From: a bacterium
Lineage (GTDB): Bacteria > UBA8248
Assembly (NCBI GenBank): GCA_965219955.1
Contig: OZ244799.1
Location: 1,952,001 to 2,016,000 of the forward strand
Length of the DNA: 64,000 nucleotides
Reading direction: 5' to 3'
This document shows positions 39,597 through 49,095 of this stretch, in pieces. Numbering within the stretch: position 1 is the stretch's first letter; the number at the start of each line of letters is the position of its first letter. The notes under the pieces were generated by a model, which was not told where the DNA came from, made no database searches, and saw nothing but the letters and a program-made list of their open reading frames with translations. The position numbers and the translations under genes were made by a program.

Positions 39597-41675
39597 ATGC
39601 TGATCAAGCGCATCCTGCTGCTGCTCCCCATTCTCATCGCGGCCGTGTTGTTCCAGTCCTACTTCTGGGTGCCGACGTTCTCCGACCAGACCAAGGGGGG
39701 CAGCGACGAGCGCCTCCGCCAGTTCATCACCGGCTCCATCGGCGACGCGCAAATCCTGAACCCCATCCTCCACGCCGACACGGCGAGCGGGGCCATCGTC
39801 GATCAGATATTCGAGGGCCTCATCGACAGGGACCGCGACCTCTCCTACCGGGGCCGTCTGGCCGCCTCGTGGAAAATCTACGAAGAGGCGTTCTTCGTGC
39901 CCCATCCCGAGGGGCCGGGAGCGGAGGCCCTGGCGGCGCGCATCGAGCGGGCGCGCGCCGAAGACGGGGCGCAGTGGCTGAAAAACATCGAAAAAATCGA
40001 AGCCGTCGCTCCCGCGGAGCAGAAAACCACCATCCGCACCCCGCCGCCCAAGGGTAAGAAGCAGCCCGGCAAAAAAGAGGTCGTCATCGCCTATCCCGAG
40101 CGGGTGAAGGTGACGCTCAAGAGCGTGGATCAGGACCTCTTCAAGCATCTCGATAAGCTGCTGGGCGAGAGATGGGTCGCCAGGGACCCGGCTGCCCTCA
40201 TCAAGACCAGGCTGCCCGAGAAGCTGCTCCCACTCGCCGCGCGGCGCGTCAAGCTCACCGAGCACAACCCGATCATCATCTTCAAGATCAGGCGCGGCGT
40301 GCGCTTTCACGACGGGCACGAGTTCGACTCCGGCGACGTGCGCTTCACCTACGAAGCCATCCTGAATCCCAAGAACCTCTCCCCCCGGGTGCCGGACTAC
40401 GAACCCGTCAAGCGCGTGGAGACGCCTGACAAGTTCACCGTGAAGATCACCTACAAGCGGCTCTACTCCCCCGCTTTCGGCTCCTGGGGCATGGGGATGC
40501 TGCCCGAACACCTGCTGAACGAGAAAAAACTCGCCGAAGAAGCGAAGCAAAAGGGCAAGGACCCCAAGAAATTCAGCATGCGAGACAGCGCGTTCAACCG
40601 AAAGCCCGTCGGCACCGGGCCGTTCGTCTTCAAGGAATGGCGCTCGGACGAACTTATCCGCCTCGGGCGGAACGAGGGCTACTGGGAGGGGCCGCCCGAG
40701 TACCACGAATACGTCTACAGAATCCTGCCGGACCCCCTCACGCAGGAGATCACCTTCTACGCGGGCACGGTGGACCGCTACGGGGCGGGCGCGCATCAGG
40801 TCGAGCGCCTCAAGAAGGACCCGAGGTTCCAGGTGTTCTCGGGCCTCGGCTTCGGCTACACCTATGTCGGCTACAACATGCGGCGCTGGCCGTTTCAGGA
40901 CGCGCGCGTGCGCCGCGCACTCGGCATGGCGGTGAACACCAAAGAAATTCACCGCTACGTGCTGAATGGCGAGGCCGAGGACATCACGGGGCCCTTCGTG
41001 AAGCAAAGCCCACATTACAACAAAAAAATCAAACTCGTGCCCTACGACCCCAAAGGGGCGGTGCGCCTGCTCCACGAGGCGGGGTTCCGGAAAAAAGACG
41101 GAATCCTGATGAAAGACGGAAAGCCCCTCGCCTTTAACCTCATGACGAACCACGGCAACGAGATCAGGCGCGCCGTCGGCACCGTCGTGCAGGACGCCTG
41201 GAAGAAGATCGGCGTCAAGATCACCTTCTCGCAGGTCGAGTGGGCGGTGTTCATCCGAAAGCACGTCAACCAGCTCAATTTCGACGCGGTCGTCTTAGGC
41301 TGGAGCATGGGCCTGGACCCGGACCTCTACCAGATCTGGCACTCGAGCCAGACGAACAAGGGCCAGCTCAACTTCGTGGGCTATAAAAACCCCAAAGCCG
41401 ACGACCTCATCATCAAGATCCGCCAGGAATACGACCTGGCGAAACAGGTCCGCTACGCGCACGCGCTACACAGCATCATCGCGGCGGATCAGCCCTACAC
41501 GTTCCTCTACGTCGGCAAGTGGACGGCGCTGCTCGACAGGAAAATCGCCATCGCCAGGCGTCTCAGGAGCGGCAAATTACGGCCCGAAAAAATCCGCCCC
41601 ACCATCACGGGGAGCTATTCGTTCGACTTCAACGAGTGGCTCAAATTCCCCCAAATCCCCCGGTTCGAGAACTAA
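39597..41675 (+). CDS. Peptide ABC transporter substrate-binding protein (family 5) with an inserted domain
   Basis: LNPIL, FHDGHEFDSGDVRFTY, PVGTGPF and DARVRRAL; N-terminal TM anchor. Confidence 0.92.
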   Translation: MLIKRILLLLPILIAAVLFQSYFWVPTFSDQTKGGSDERLRQFITGSIGDAQILNPILHADTASGAIVDQIFEGLIDRDRDLSYRGRLAASWKIYEEAFFVPHPEGPGAEALAARIERARAEDGAQWLKNIEKIEAVAPAEQKTTIRTPPPKGKKQPGKKEVVIAYPERVKVTLKSVDQDLFKHLDKLLGERWVARDPAALIKTRLPEKLLPLAARRVKLTEHNPIIIFKIRRGVRFHDGHEFDSGDVRFTYEAILNPKNLSPRVPDYEPVKRVETPDKFTVKITYKRLYSPAFGSWGMGMLPEHLLNEKKLAEEAKQKGKDPKKFSMRDSAFNRKPVGTGPFVFKEWRSDELIRLGRNEGYWEGPPEYHEYVYRILPDPLTQEITFYAGTVDRYGAGAHQVERLKKDPRFQVFSGLGFGYTYVGYNMRRWPFQDARVRRALGMAVNTKEIHRYVLNGEAEDITGPFVKQSPHYNKKIKLVPYDPKGAVRLLHEAGFRKKDGILMKDGKPLAFNLMTNHGNEIRRAVGTVVQDAWKKIGVKITFSQVEWAVFIRKHVNQLNFDAVVLGWSMGLDPDLYQIWHSSQTNKGQLNFVGYKNPKADDLIIKIRQEYDLAKQVRYAHALHSIIAADQPYTFLYVGKWTALLDRKIAIARRLRSGKLRPEKIRPTITGSYSFDFNEWLKFPQIPRFEN

Positions 41676-41676
41676 C

Positions 41677-42672
41677 GTGGGCGCCTACATCATCCGTACG
41701 AGCCTGTTCAAGCTGGCGACGCTTTTCATCATCTCGGTCGTGAGCTTCCTGATCATCCATCTCGCGCCCGGCGAACCGAGCCAGATCGACCCCCTGAACC
41801 CGCGCTTCACGCAGGAAGACCTCGCGCGCTACCGCGCCGCCTTCGACCTCGACAAGCCGCTTCCGGTGCAATACTGGCGCTTCTACAAGAAATTCTTCAC
41901 CGGCGAACTCACGAGCTTGAAGGACAACCAGCCGGTTTTCGGAAAGATATGGCGGCGCTTCCTCATCAGCCTGCCCCTGTTCATCGTGGGCACCATCATC
42001 ACCTGGTGCCTCTCGTTCCCGCTGGGAATCGCGGGCGCGCTGCGGCGCTACAGCGTTTTCGACCGCTCCACCACCTTCATGAGCTACCTCATGATCTCGA
42101 TGCCGAGCTTCTTCCTGGCCTACATCCTCATCATCGCCGTCGTCCAGGGGTTCACGCTGCCCTTCACCGACTTCCGCGTGCCGGGCCTAGAAGTCTCCGT
42201 CCTGGGAATCGAGACCTTCGGACGCGGCGAGGTTTCTCCCCTGTTCCGGATCAACGACCGCGTATGGCACCTGGTGCTGCCCAGCCTCGTGGGCGCAGTC
42301 GGGGGCATCGCCGTGCTCTCGCGCTACGTGCGCGGCCAGATGATAGAGGTGGTGGATTCGGACTTCATCCGCACGGCCCACTCCAAGGGCCTGGATGAGG
42401 ACACCGTGAACTACGTGCACGTCCTGAGGAACGCGGCCCTTCCCTTCGTCACCATGTTCGGCCTCATCCTGCCGGGGCTGATCGGCGGCTCGGTCATCAT
42501 CGAGAACATCTTCGCGTGGCCCGGCATGGGCCGGCTGGGCTTCGAGGCCGTGCTGGCGCGGGACTACCCGGTGATCCTGAGTCTCAACTTCATCTCCGCC
42601 ATCCTGGTCGTCATCGGCACATTCATCTCGGACGTCCTGCTCGTCGTCGTCGACCCGAGGATCCGCCTATGA
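41677..42672 (+). CDS. Peptide ABC transporter permease (OppB/DppB)
   Basis: LDKPLPVQY, DFIRTAHSKGL, HVLRNA, IFAWPGMG, RDYP and DPRI. Confidence 0.95.
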   Translation: MGAYIIRTSLFKLATLFIISVVSFLIIHLAPGEPSQIDPLNPRFTQEDLARYRAAFDLDKPLPVQYWRFYKKFFTGELTSLKDNQPVFGKIWRRFLISLPLFIVGTIITWCLSFPLGIAGALRRYSVFDRSTTFMSYLMISMPSFFLAYILIIAVVQGFTLPFTDFRVPGLEVSVLGIETFGRGEVSPLFRINDRVWHLVLPSLVGAVGGIAVLSRYVRGQMIEVVDSDFIRTAHSKGLDEDTVNYVHVLRNAALPFVTMFGLILPGLIGGSVIIENIFAWPGMGRLGFEAVLARDYPVILSLNFISAILVVIGTFISDVLLVVVDPRIRL

Positions 42673-44171
42673 ACGAAACGCTCGATATGCGCGAGATGAT
42701 CGAGGAGATGGGGGAAGAACTCACCCCCGGCCAGCGCGTTTGGCGGCATCTGCAGAAAAACCGCATGGCGATGGTGGGCGGCGTCGTGCTGGTGCTGTTC
42801 TTCGCCCTGGCGGCGATCGGCTTCGTCAATTCCGCCCTCATGAGCGAGCCGATGTTCGACGCGAACGTCGTGCGCCTGCCGGACAAGCTCATGGCCCCCT
42901 TCTCCGCCCCGAACGAAAACCAGGTGCCCAGGGAAAACCTCCCGCGCCTGGGGATTTACGTGTTCGGCACCGACGATCTGGGCCGCGACGTTTTCGCCAG
43001 GATGCTGGAGGGCACCTTCATCTCGATGTCGGTGGGCTTCGTGGCCATCGGCATCGCCACCCTGCTGGGGGTCGCGATAGGCGGAATCGCAGGCTTTTAT
43101 GGAGAAATCAAACCGAGCGGCGCGCCCCTGTTCGGCTTCATCGGAGCGGGCCTCACCGGCTACGCCGCCTGGAACGAGCTGGGATTCCTGGCTCTCCTGT
43201 TCGCCATGGCGGGCGCAGGCCTGGGGTTACTGGTGCGCCGCGACGGGCGCTCCCTGTTCCTGGAGGGCATGATCTTCGGCGCGCTTCTGGGCCTGGCGCT
43301 CGGCCCGTTCGAGCCGTTCGGGTTCAGCGGCTTCACCTCCGACTCAGGCCTCAGCGTGCGCACGCCCTACTGGCGCGAGGGGTTCCTGGGCGCGGCCTGC
43401 CTCGTAGCACTCGCCTCCTTCGGCGGGGCGCAGGGCGCGAACGCGGAGGAAAGCGCGGCGGACGGCGTCTCCCTGAGCGCGGTGTTCGGCGGAGGCCTCA
43501 CCTATTTCCTCTTGTTCCTCGCAGGCCTCTACCTCGCCTATCCGGGCCAAACGGCGCACCTGTGGACGAGCGTCGCGGGGGCGGTGGCCTTTGTCTATCT
43601 CTACCAGAGATTCGAGGTCACAGAGCTTCTTCAAAGATTCCGGCTGCCCAAGGTGGACATCATCTACACCACTATCGTGGACGTGCAGCTTTCGTTCCCC
43701 TCGTTTTTCGTGCTCCTGACCATCCTCGCCCTCGTGACGCCCAACATCTGGATCATCATGGTGGTCATCGGCGTCCTGGGCTGGGTGGGGCCCGCGCGTT
43801 TCGTGCGCGCGGAGATCCTCTCGCTGAGGGAGCAGCCCTTCGTGGAGTCCGCGCGCGCCTCGGGCGGCTCGGACAGGCTCATCATCTTCCGCTACCTGAT
43901 CCCCAATTCGCTGGCGCCCGTCCTTGTATCGGCCACCATCGGCATCGCGGGCGCGATCCTGACGGAAGCGAGCCTGAGCTTTCTGGGCTTCGGCGTTCCG
44001 CCGCCCCAGGCGAGCTGGGGGAACATCTTCTCGGACGGGAAGAAATACATCTTCGACGCCCCCTGGCTCACCTTCATACCGGGTTCGGCGATACTCGTCG
44101 TCATGCTCGCCTTCAACCTCTTCGGCGAGGGCCTGCGCGACGCCATGAACCCCAGGGCGAACAGCAGGTAG
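42669..44171 (+). CDS. Peptide ABC transporter permease (OppC/DppC) with a large hydrophobic insertion
   Basis: FGTDDLGRD, FVESARASG, EASLSFLG and FNLFGEGLRDA. Confidence 0.92.
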   Translation: MNETLDMREMIEEMGEELTPGQRVWRHLQKNRMAMVGGVVLVLFFALAAIGFVNSALMSEPMFDANVVRLPDKLMAPFSAPNENQVPRENLPRLGIYVFGTDDLGRDVFARMLEGTFISMSVGFVAIGIATLLGVAIGGIAGFYGEIKPSGAPLFGFIGAGLTGYAAWNELGFLALLFAMAGAGLGLLVRRDGRSLFLEGMIFGALLGLALGPFEPFGFSGFTSDSGLSVRTPYWREGFLGAACLVALASFGGAQGANAEESAADGVSLSAVFGGGLTYFLLFLAGLYLAYPGQTAHLWTSVAGAVAFVYLYQRFEVTELLQRFRLPKVDIIYTTIVDVQLSFPSFFVLLTILALVTPNIWIIMVVIGVLGWVGPARFVRAEILSLREQPFVESARASGGSDRLIIFRYLIPNSLAPVLVSATIGIAGAILTEASLSFLGFGVPPPQASWGNIFSDGKKYIFDAPWLTFIPGSAILVVMLAFNLFGEGLRDAMNPRANSR

Positions 44172-44202
44172 CGGTAACGGGAATTGTCTGGAACGGGAGG
44201 CG

Positions 44203-44232
44203 TTGACAGCGCGGCATACGCAACGCTATATA
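44203..44232 (+). promoter_or_regulatory. Putative sigma70 promoter for tRNA-Leu
   Basis: TTGACA (44203) with CTATAT/TATATA 17-18 nt downstream. Confidence 0.6.
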
Positions 44233-44279
44233 GCCTCTTGGCCTGAGCGTTGCCCCGGATGAAAATTCTCAGGCTTCAT

Positions 44280-44366
44280 GCCCAAGTGGTGGAATTGGTA
44301 GACACGCTAGCTTGAGGGGCTAGTGGGGGCAACCCCGTGTCGGTTCGAGTCCGGCCTTGGGCACCA
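44280..44366 (+). tRNA. tRNA-Leu(GAG)
   Basis: Acceptor stem GCCCAAG/CTTGGGC, anticodon arm CTAGC-TTGAGGG-GCTAG, long variable arm, GTTCGAGTC T-loop, encoded CCA. Confidence 0.97.
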
Positions 44367-44549
44367 AACAATTTTCGCGGCATGCACGACCCGGACGAAC
44401 CCGCCCGAGTCGCTTCTCCTTCTTCAAAACCCCAACAGAAAACAATCCGCGCCTTTTCTGTGGCGAAAACTTCGCCCTGAGACCTATATTGAGAATACAG
44501 GTGAGCGATAAATCTCTCGCGCGAGCCGGAGCCGCCGAAGGAGATCGGC

Positions 44550-44756
44550 ATGAGCCGATACATCTGGATTTGCCCGAAATGCCTGCACCAGTTTCAGGGA
44601 CACGTGTTCGATGAGGGCACCTACGGAAGCGGCCCCATCTGCAACGCCTGCTGCGTGGAACTGGAATTCGTGCCCGGAGAGGACGCGGCGGATGAACCCG
44701 CGTTCAAGGAACAACGGCGTGAGGCGGAGGTTCGCGCGTCTGACCCCGCCGCCTAG
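44550..44756 (+). CDS. Small zinc-ribbon-like protein (CPKC...CNAC)
   Basis: 68 aa, AAGGAG RBS, two CxxC pairs. Confidence 0.6.
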   Translation: MSRYIWICPKCLHQFQGHVFDEGTYGSGPICNACCVELEFVPGEDAADEPAFKEQRREAEVRASDPAA

Positions 44757-44956
44757 GGCCGCAGGGCGTGATGCCCCCGGCATTCCTCACCGAAGCAAAG
44801 CGCCGGGAAATCCCGCATTCTGTCGAAAATACGAATAATCCGTCATTCAGCCAGTTTTTTGTAAAGCGGCGCAAACCTCTCGTGGCTCGCCTGATAGGCC
44901 GCTATGACGCGGGCGCGCGGCCTGCTCCCCCTGCGCTTCTCGATCAAGTCGGCCAG
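44756..44956 (-). pseudogene. Degenerate duplicate of the Doc TA locus: antitoxin 3' half retained, toxin deleted
   Basis: 44839-44956 is highly similar to 46767-46884 and 44756-44815 resembles 46291-46350; the intervening doc gene is absent. Confidence 0.75.
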
Positions 44957-45280
44957 CGGCGCGGCAGGCTTGATGAATCCGGCGCGGCCTCGATGGGTGG
45001 CGGGGAAAGGGAACCGACTACGCGGCGGGGAGAAAATTTTTTTCCGCTCCCCTTCATCGGGGGAAATCGGAAAAACAGGGCTTCATGCTCCATGCCGAAA
45101 GCGGAAAGGGATTTTTTTATGCGCGCCGTCAATTTCATTTCATGGCCGGGCGGGCATGATATGATCTCGCCCGGATGATAACGGCGCATGGGCCGCTGAT
45201 GGCACCGCCGCCGCTTGCCGATAGGGCACACTTCGGAGGGGTGATCGACGAACTACGCAGACAAATTGGAGGCACAAAAA

Positions 45281-46039
45281 ATGTCGCAACATCTAATAGT
45301 TGATGTGGATAGTTGGCCAACCCATAAAGGAAACGAGAAACCGTATCTGGATGTTGCAATTCCTTCTGTCTTGGAGTCTGTCTTCTGCGCGATGGTAGGT
45401 GCTTTCGGTAAGTTACCTGACGAACGAATTGAAGTCTCTTGGTGGAAAGATTTATCCAGAGTCCTTTCAGATTCCTGTTCTTATCAAATCCGTATTAATG
45501 CTCAAAATAGGAATTGGTGCGAATACGTCTATCAGTTCTCGCACAAACTGTGCCATGTAATGACGAACTACAATCCCAACAAAGTAAATCGCCATACTTG
45601 GTTTGAGGAAAGTCTTTGCGAAATGGCGTCATTGTTCGTTTTGTCTAGATTATCGGAGACCTGGAAAACCAACCCGCCTGTGAATGTCCGTGGAGCTGCC
45701 GAATTTGCACCTAGCCACGCAAAATACTGTGAGGATTTCGCAGACAAACACCTGACACCAGAACGCAAAAACTTACCAGGATGGTTATCATTAAATCTTG
45801 AGGATATGCAAAACAATCCTTATCTTCGCTGCCGCAATGCAGTTGTAGCCCTTGCCCTCCTGGATCATTTTCGGAGTGACCCTTCTCTTTGGGCGGACTG
45901 CGGATTTATAAATTACTGGAATGTTGAAAACGACAAAACTTTTGAAGACTATTTGAATTCATGGGAAAAGTGTTTGAAATGCAATGACTCTGATTCGGTT
46001 CGAGTACCTGCCCTCGTTAGAAAAATGTTTTACGAGTAG
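45281..46039 (+). CDS. Low-GC hypothetical protein, gluzincin-like motif variant (YQFSHKLCH...WFEESLCE)
   Basis: GGAGG RBS before ATG 45281; visibly AT-richer than its flanks. Confidence 0.7.
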   Translation: MSQHLIVDVDSWPTHKGNEKPYLDVAIPSVLESVFCAMVGAFGKLPDERIEVSWWKDLSRVLSDSCSYQIRINAQNRNWCEYVYQFSHKLCHVMTNYNPNKVNRHTWFEESLCEMASLFVLSRLSETWKTNPPVNVRGAAEFAPSHAKYCEDFADKHLTPERKNLPGWLSLNLEDMQNNPYLRCRNAVVALALLDHFRSDPSLWADCGFINYWNVENDKTFEDYLNSWEKCLKCNDSDSVRVPALVRKMFYE

Positions 46040-46390
46040 CAAGTCGTGAAGATAAACCAGTTGATCGCAAGTCTTGAATCCGCGCCCGTGGGCGACGGCG
46101 ATCTTATGGACGAGCCGTTCCTGTGATAGCCATATTAGCGTCGCCCCCTTCATGCTGCTCTTGCACCCTGGTATTGTGTACGGGCCTTTCCCTTGATGTG
46201 ATGGCGTGAAGTCCGGGTTTGGACAAGCCCTGTGCCTAGACATCGTGTGAGCCCGAGCGTGGACCGGGTGCTCTACTCGGCCTCTTCTTTGGGCCGCGGC
46301 GCGTGATGCCTGCGGTATTCCTCCCCGAAGCAAAGAGAAGCGAAATCCCCCATCCCATCCAAGCCGCTCGGCCCGCCTGAGTAATCGTAA

Positions 46391-46774
46391 TCATTCCGGA
46401 GCATCAAGCCGGACGTTCATTCTGAGCCAATCTCTCAATCGCTCGAAGATGAATGAATCGGTTTCATACAGGCCGATGATGAAGTTATAGGTATTTTCGG
46501 CGTCCGCCGTAATCCACACCCCGTTGATCGCGAGAAACGTATAGGTGACGGCGAAAGCCGTGCGCTTGTTCCCGTCGACGAACGGGTGATTACTCTCCAT
46601 ACTCTCCCAGAGCGCGGCGGCCTCCTCAATCAGATCGGCGTAGTAGCCCGTCTGTGGACGAAACAGTGCGGCTTCAAGCAGACCCGCATCACGCACGCCT
46701 TCGTCCCCGCCGTATCGCTCAATCTGGTCTTGGTGGATTGCAAGAACTTCAACGAGGGTCGGATAGTCCGTCAT
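46391..46774 (-). CDS. doc: Doc/Fic-family toxin
   Basis: GVRDAGLLEAAL.RP and NHPFVDGNKRTAF. Confidence 0.92.
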   Translation of the reverse strand: MTDYPTLVEVLAIHQDQIERYGGDEGVRDAGLLEAALFRPQTGYYADLIEEAAALWESMESNHPFVDGNKRTAFAVTYTFLAINGVWITADAENTYNFIIGLYETDSFIFERLRDWLRMNVRLDAPE

Positions 46775-47001
46775 TCAGCGAGTTTTTTGTAAAGCGGCGC
46801 AAACCTTTCATGGCTCGCCTGATAGACCGCCATGATGTGGGCGCGCGGCCTGCTCCCCTTGCGCTTCTCGATCAGGTCGGCCAGAGCCTCATCCACCAGG
46901 GTCTGAAGCTGCCGCCCCTCGCTCCGCGCAAGGCTGCGGACGGCGGCCAGAATTTCCGAATTCACCTGGGTTGCGAATTTCTCTCGCTCTAGGGTCGCCA
47001 T
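46771..47001 (-). CDS. Putative ribbon-helix-helix antitoxin
   Basis: REKFATQV...EGRQLQTLVDEAL; ATGA overlap with doc; GGAGG RBS. Confidence 0.85.
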   Translation of the reverse strand: MATLEREKFATQVNSEILAAVRSLARSEGRQLQTLVDEALADLIEKRKGSRPRAHIMAVYQASHERFAPLYKKLAE

Positions 47002-47024
47002 AGGGCACCTCCATTCTTAGGCGA

Positions 47025-47054
47025 AATTTATCATGAAATATCATGAATTGTCAA
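47025..47054 (-). promoter_or_regulatory. TA promoter with two TCATGA palindromes in the spacer
   Basis: Minus strand TTGACA-N18-TAAATT with an extended TG; TCATGA at 47031-47036 and 47041-47046. Confidence 0.65.
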
Positions 47055-47095
47055 GAAAACAGACGAATGGCCTCTTTGACTTTCGTCTCAACCAC

Positions 47096-47665
47096 TCAGG
47101 GTCGGGCTTTCTTGATGCGCCACTGCTTGAGCTTCGCCTCGGTGGACGCGCACGCCGCGAGCGCGAGATCGCGCGACATGAACGGCCCGGCCGACCTGCT
47201 TGCGGCGCCCGCGACGAGGCAAAGCGTCGGGTCTCCGCCGGGGCGGAACTCCATCGCCGCAGAGTCGTAATCGAAGTCTTGGCCTGTGGCGTTCTTCGCG
47301 CAATCCAACAGCCCAATCGTTACCCCGGCTGCGGCCGGCGCCAGAAGCGCCGCGCATTTCCCGGAAAATGTGGCCGAAGCGATCCGCCGCGCCGCCTCCT
47401 CGTAGCGGAACTGAACGTCGCCGCCCCTCGGCTTGCACGAGTGCGTATGCAGCCTATCGCTGAATCCTCGTCCTCGGGTATCGATGCACCAGCCAAGCTT
47501 GTCCTGTTCGTCCAGATTGTCCGCCAGGTAGATGACCGGGGCGGGCGTCCTAAGGTCGGGCGGCGCCGCATACGCTGCTTTCGGGAGAACCAACAGCAGG
47601 AGAAGAACCAGGTGCGCGAGCGTCTTGACGGCCGAGTGGGCGCCTGTAGCTGCGGTCATCGTCAT
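47096..47665 (-). CDS. Secreted ricin-B/beta-trefoil-like protein
   Basis: Signal peptide (..PKAAYA), three Cys pairs with C-x-D/QF/QW patterns; start uncertain. Confidence 0.65.
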   Translation of the reverse strand: MTMTAATGAHSAVKTLAHLVLLLLLVLPKAAYAAPPDLRTPAPVIYLADNLDEQDKLGWCIDTRGRGFSDRLHTHSCKPRGGDVQFRYEEAARRIASATFSGKCAALLAPAAAGVTIGLLDCAKNATGQDFDYDSAAMEFRPGGDPTLCLVAGAASRSAGPFMSRDLALAACASTEAKLKQWRIKKARP

Positions 47666-47753
47666 TTCCGGATTCCTCCTGCATTCCATGACTCACCGTA
47701 TCGGCCATGCCGATGCGGGAGAAAACCAAGCTGACCTGCTTCGCCTGCCCCCC

Positions 47754-48281
47754 TCAATCCTCTTTCGGCCTCGGGGCGTGGTATCTGCGATATTCCTCGC
47801 CGAAGCAGAGCGTCGAGAAATCGCGCATCCTGTCGATGAATATCAATCCATCGAGATGGTCGTATTCATGCTGGCACACGCGCGCGGCGAAGCCCTCGAG
47901 CTCCTCCGCATAGACGTTCCCCTCATGGTCCTGCGCTTCCAGCCGCACGCGGTCGTTGCGCGGCACGCGGCCGTGGATATCGGGGACGCTGAGACAACCC
48001 TCCCATTCCTCCCAACCCTCGTTCCCCAAGGGCGTGAGCTTCGGGTTCACGGCAAAACGCAGCGTTTCCTCATCGTCGGGGTCGAACTGCATGACGAACA
48101 GCCTGATCCCCAAGTGCACCTGGGGAGCGGCGAGGCCAACGCCCGCATATTCCACCATCGTCTCGAACATGTCCTCGATGATTTCCGCAAGTTCGGGACC
48201 CCCAAGATACTCGGGCTCGACCTCGCTCGCCTTCCGGCGCAGGACGGGGTGGCCCATGCGGGCGACCTTTAATATGGGCAT
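47754..48281 (-). CDS. def: Peptide deformylase
   Basis: GVGLAAPQV, EGCLS and QHEYDHL. Confidence 0.97.
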   Translation of the reverse strand: MPILKVARMGHPVLRRKASEVEPEYLGGPELAEIIEDMFETMVEYAGVGLAAPQVHLGIRLFVMQFDPDDEETLRFAVNPKLTPLGNEGWEEWEGCLSVPDIHGRVPRNDRVRLEAQDHEGNVYAEELEGFAARVCQHEYDHLDGLIFIDRMRDFSTLCFGEEYRRYHAPRPKED

Positions 48282-48290
48282 CTCCCTCTC

Positions 48291-49007
48291 CTATCCGCTT
48301 GGAGACGTCATTGGCGGCAGGGCGGCGAACCAGGCGGCCAGACCGCCCGGATCGACGGTCTCCTCGAGCGAGTCCACGACGCGGTCGGCCTCGGTGAGTT
48401 TTTCGGCGGGGTAGCTCGTCGTCACCGCGAGCGTCCTCATGCCTGCGGCGCCTCCCGAGCGTACGCCCGCCACGGAATCCTCCACCACGAGACACGACGC
48501 CCCCGGAATCGGCTCGGCCCGGCTCTCGTTTATCCGCGCAAGCGCCGTCAGGAAACTCTCGGGGTCTGGCTTTCCCCGGCTCACCATCTCCGCCGTTACG
48601 ATGATCGGGAAACAATCGATCAGGCCCACCCTTTCGAGCACGGGCCGCACCTCGTGGCCCAGCGCCCCGCTCGCAATGGCGAGGGGCCAGTGCGCGGCCG
48701 CCGCGCGAATCATCTCCGCGGCGCCGGGCAGAATCTGCGGCGCCAGCGCGATTTCCTGGTAGCGCGCCTCTTTCATCTCCAGAAGCTGCTCGAAGCGGTC
48801 GGGTTCTACGCCCACGCCGCGATCGTTCAGAACGTGGGTGAACAGGAGCCTGTCGTCGAAGGCGAGGTAGCGCTCGGCGTATTCCTCCTCCGTCAAGTCC
48901 AGGTCCAGTTCTTCCGAGAGCACCGCCTGGAACGCCGCCAGATGGAGCGGCTCGCTATCCGCAATGGTGCCGTCGAAATCAAAAATGATCGCTTGTAATT
49001 CCGGCAT
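48291..49007 (-). CDS. HAD-family phosphatase (beta-PGM-like)
   Basis: FDFDGTIADSE, GKPDPE and VEDSVAG. Confidence 0.92.
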   Translation of the reverse strand: MPELQAIIFDFDGTIADSEPLHLAAFQAVLSEELDLDLTEEEYAERYLAFDDRLLFTHVLNDRGVGVEPDRFEQLLEMKEARYQEIALAPQILPGAAEMIRAAAAHWPLAIASGALGHEVRPVLERVGLIDCFPIIVTAEMVSRGKPDPESFLTALARINESRAEPIPGASCLVVEDSVAGVRSGGAAGMRTLAVTTSYPAEKLTEADRVVDSLEETVDPGGLAAWFAALPPMTSPSG

Positions 49008-49095
49008 TCCCTCTCTCCATATCCATGGCCGCCACGCCCCGATGGAAGCCTCCGCCTCGCCGCCGAACGCTATCCGCCATCGTTTTTCTCGGGCC

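Noticed and set aside
45959-46333. 124-aa minus-strand ORF
   Set aside because: Overlaps the neighbouring gene end and a duplicated flank; no motif.
44367-47060. tRNA-Leu-anchored integrative element
   Set aside because: No integrase, and no duplicate of the tRNA 3' end found by eye.
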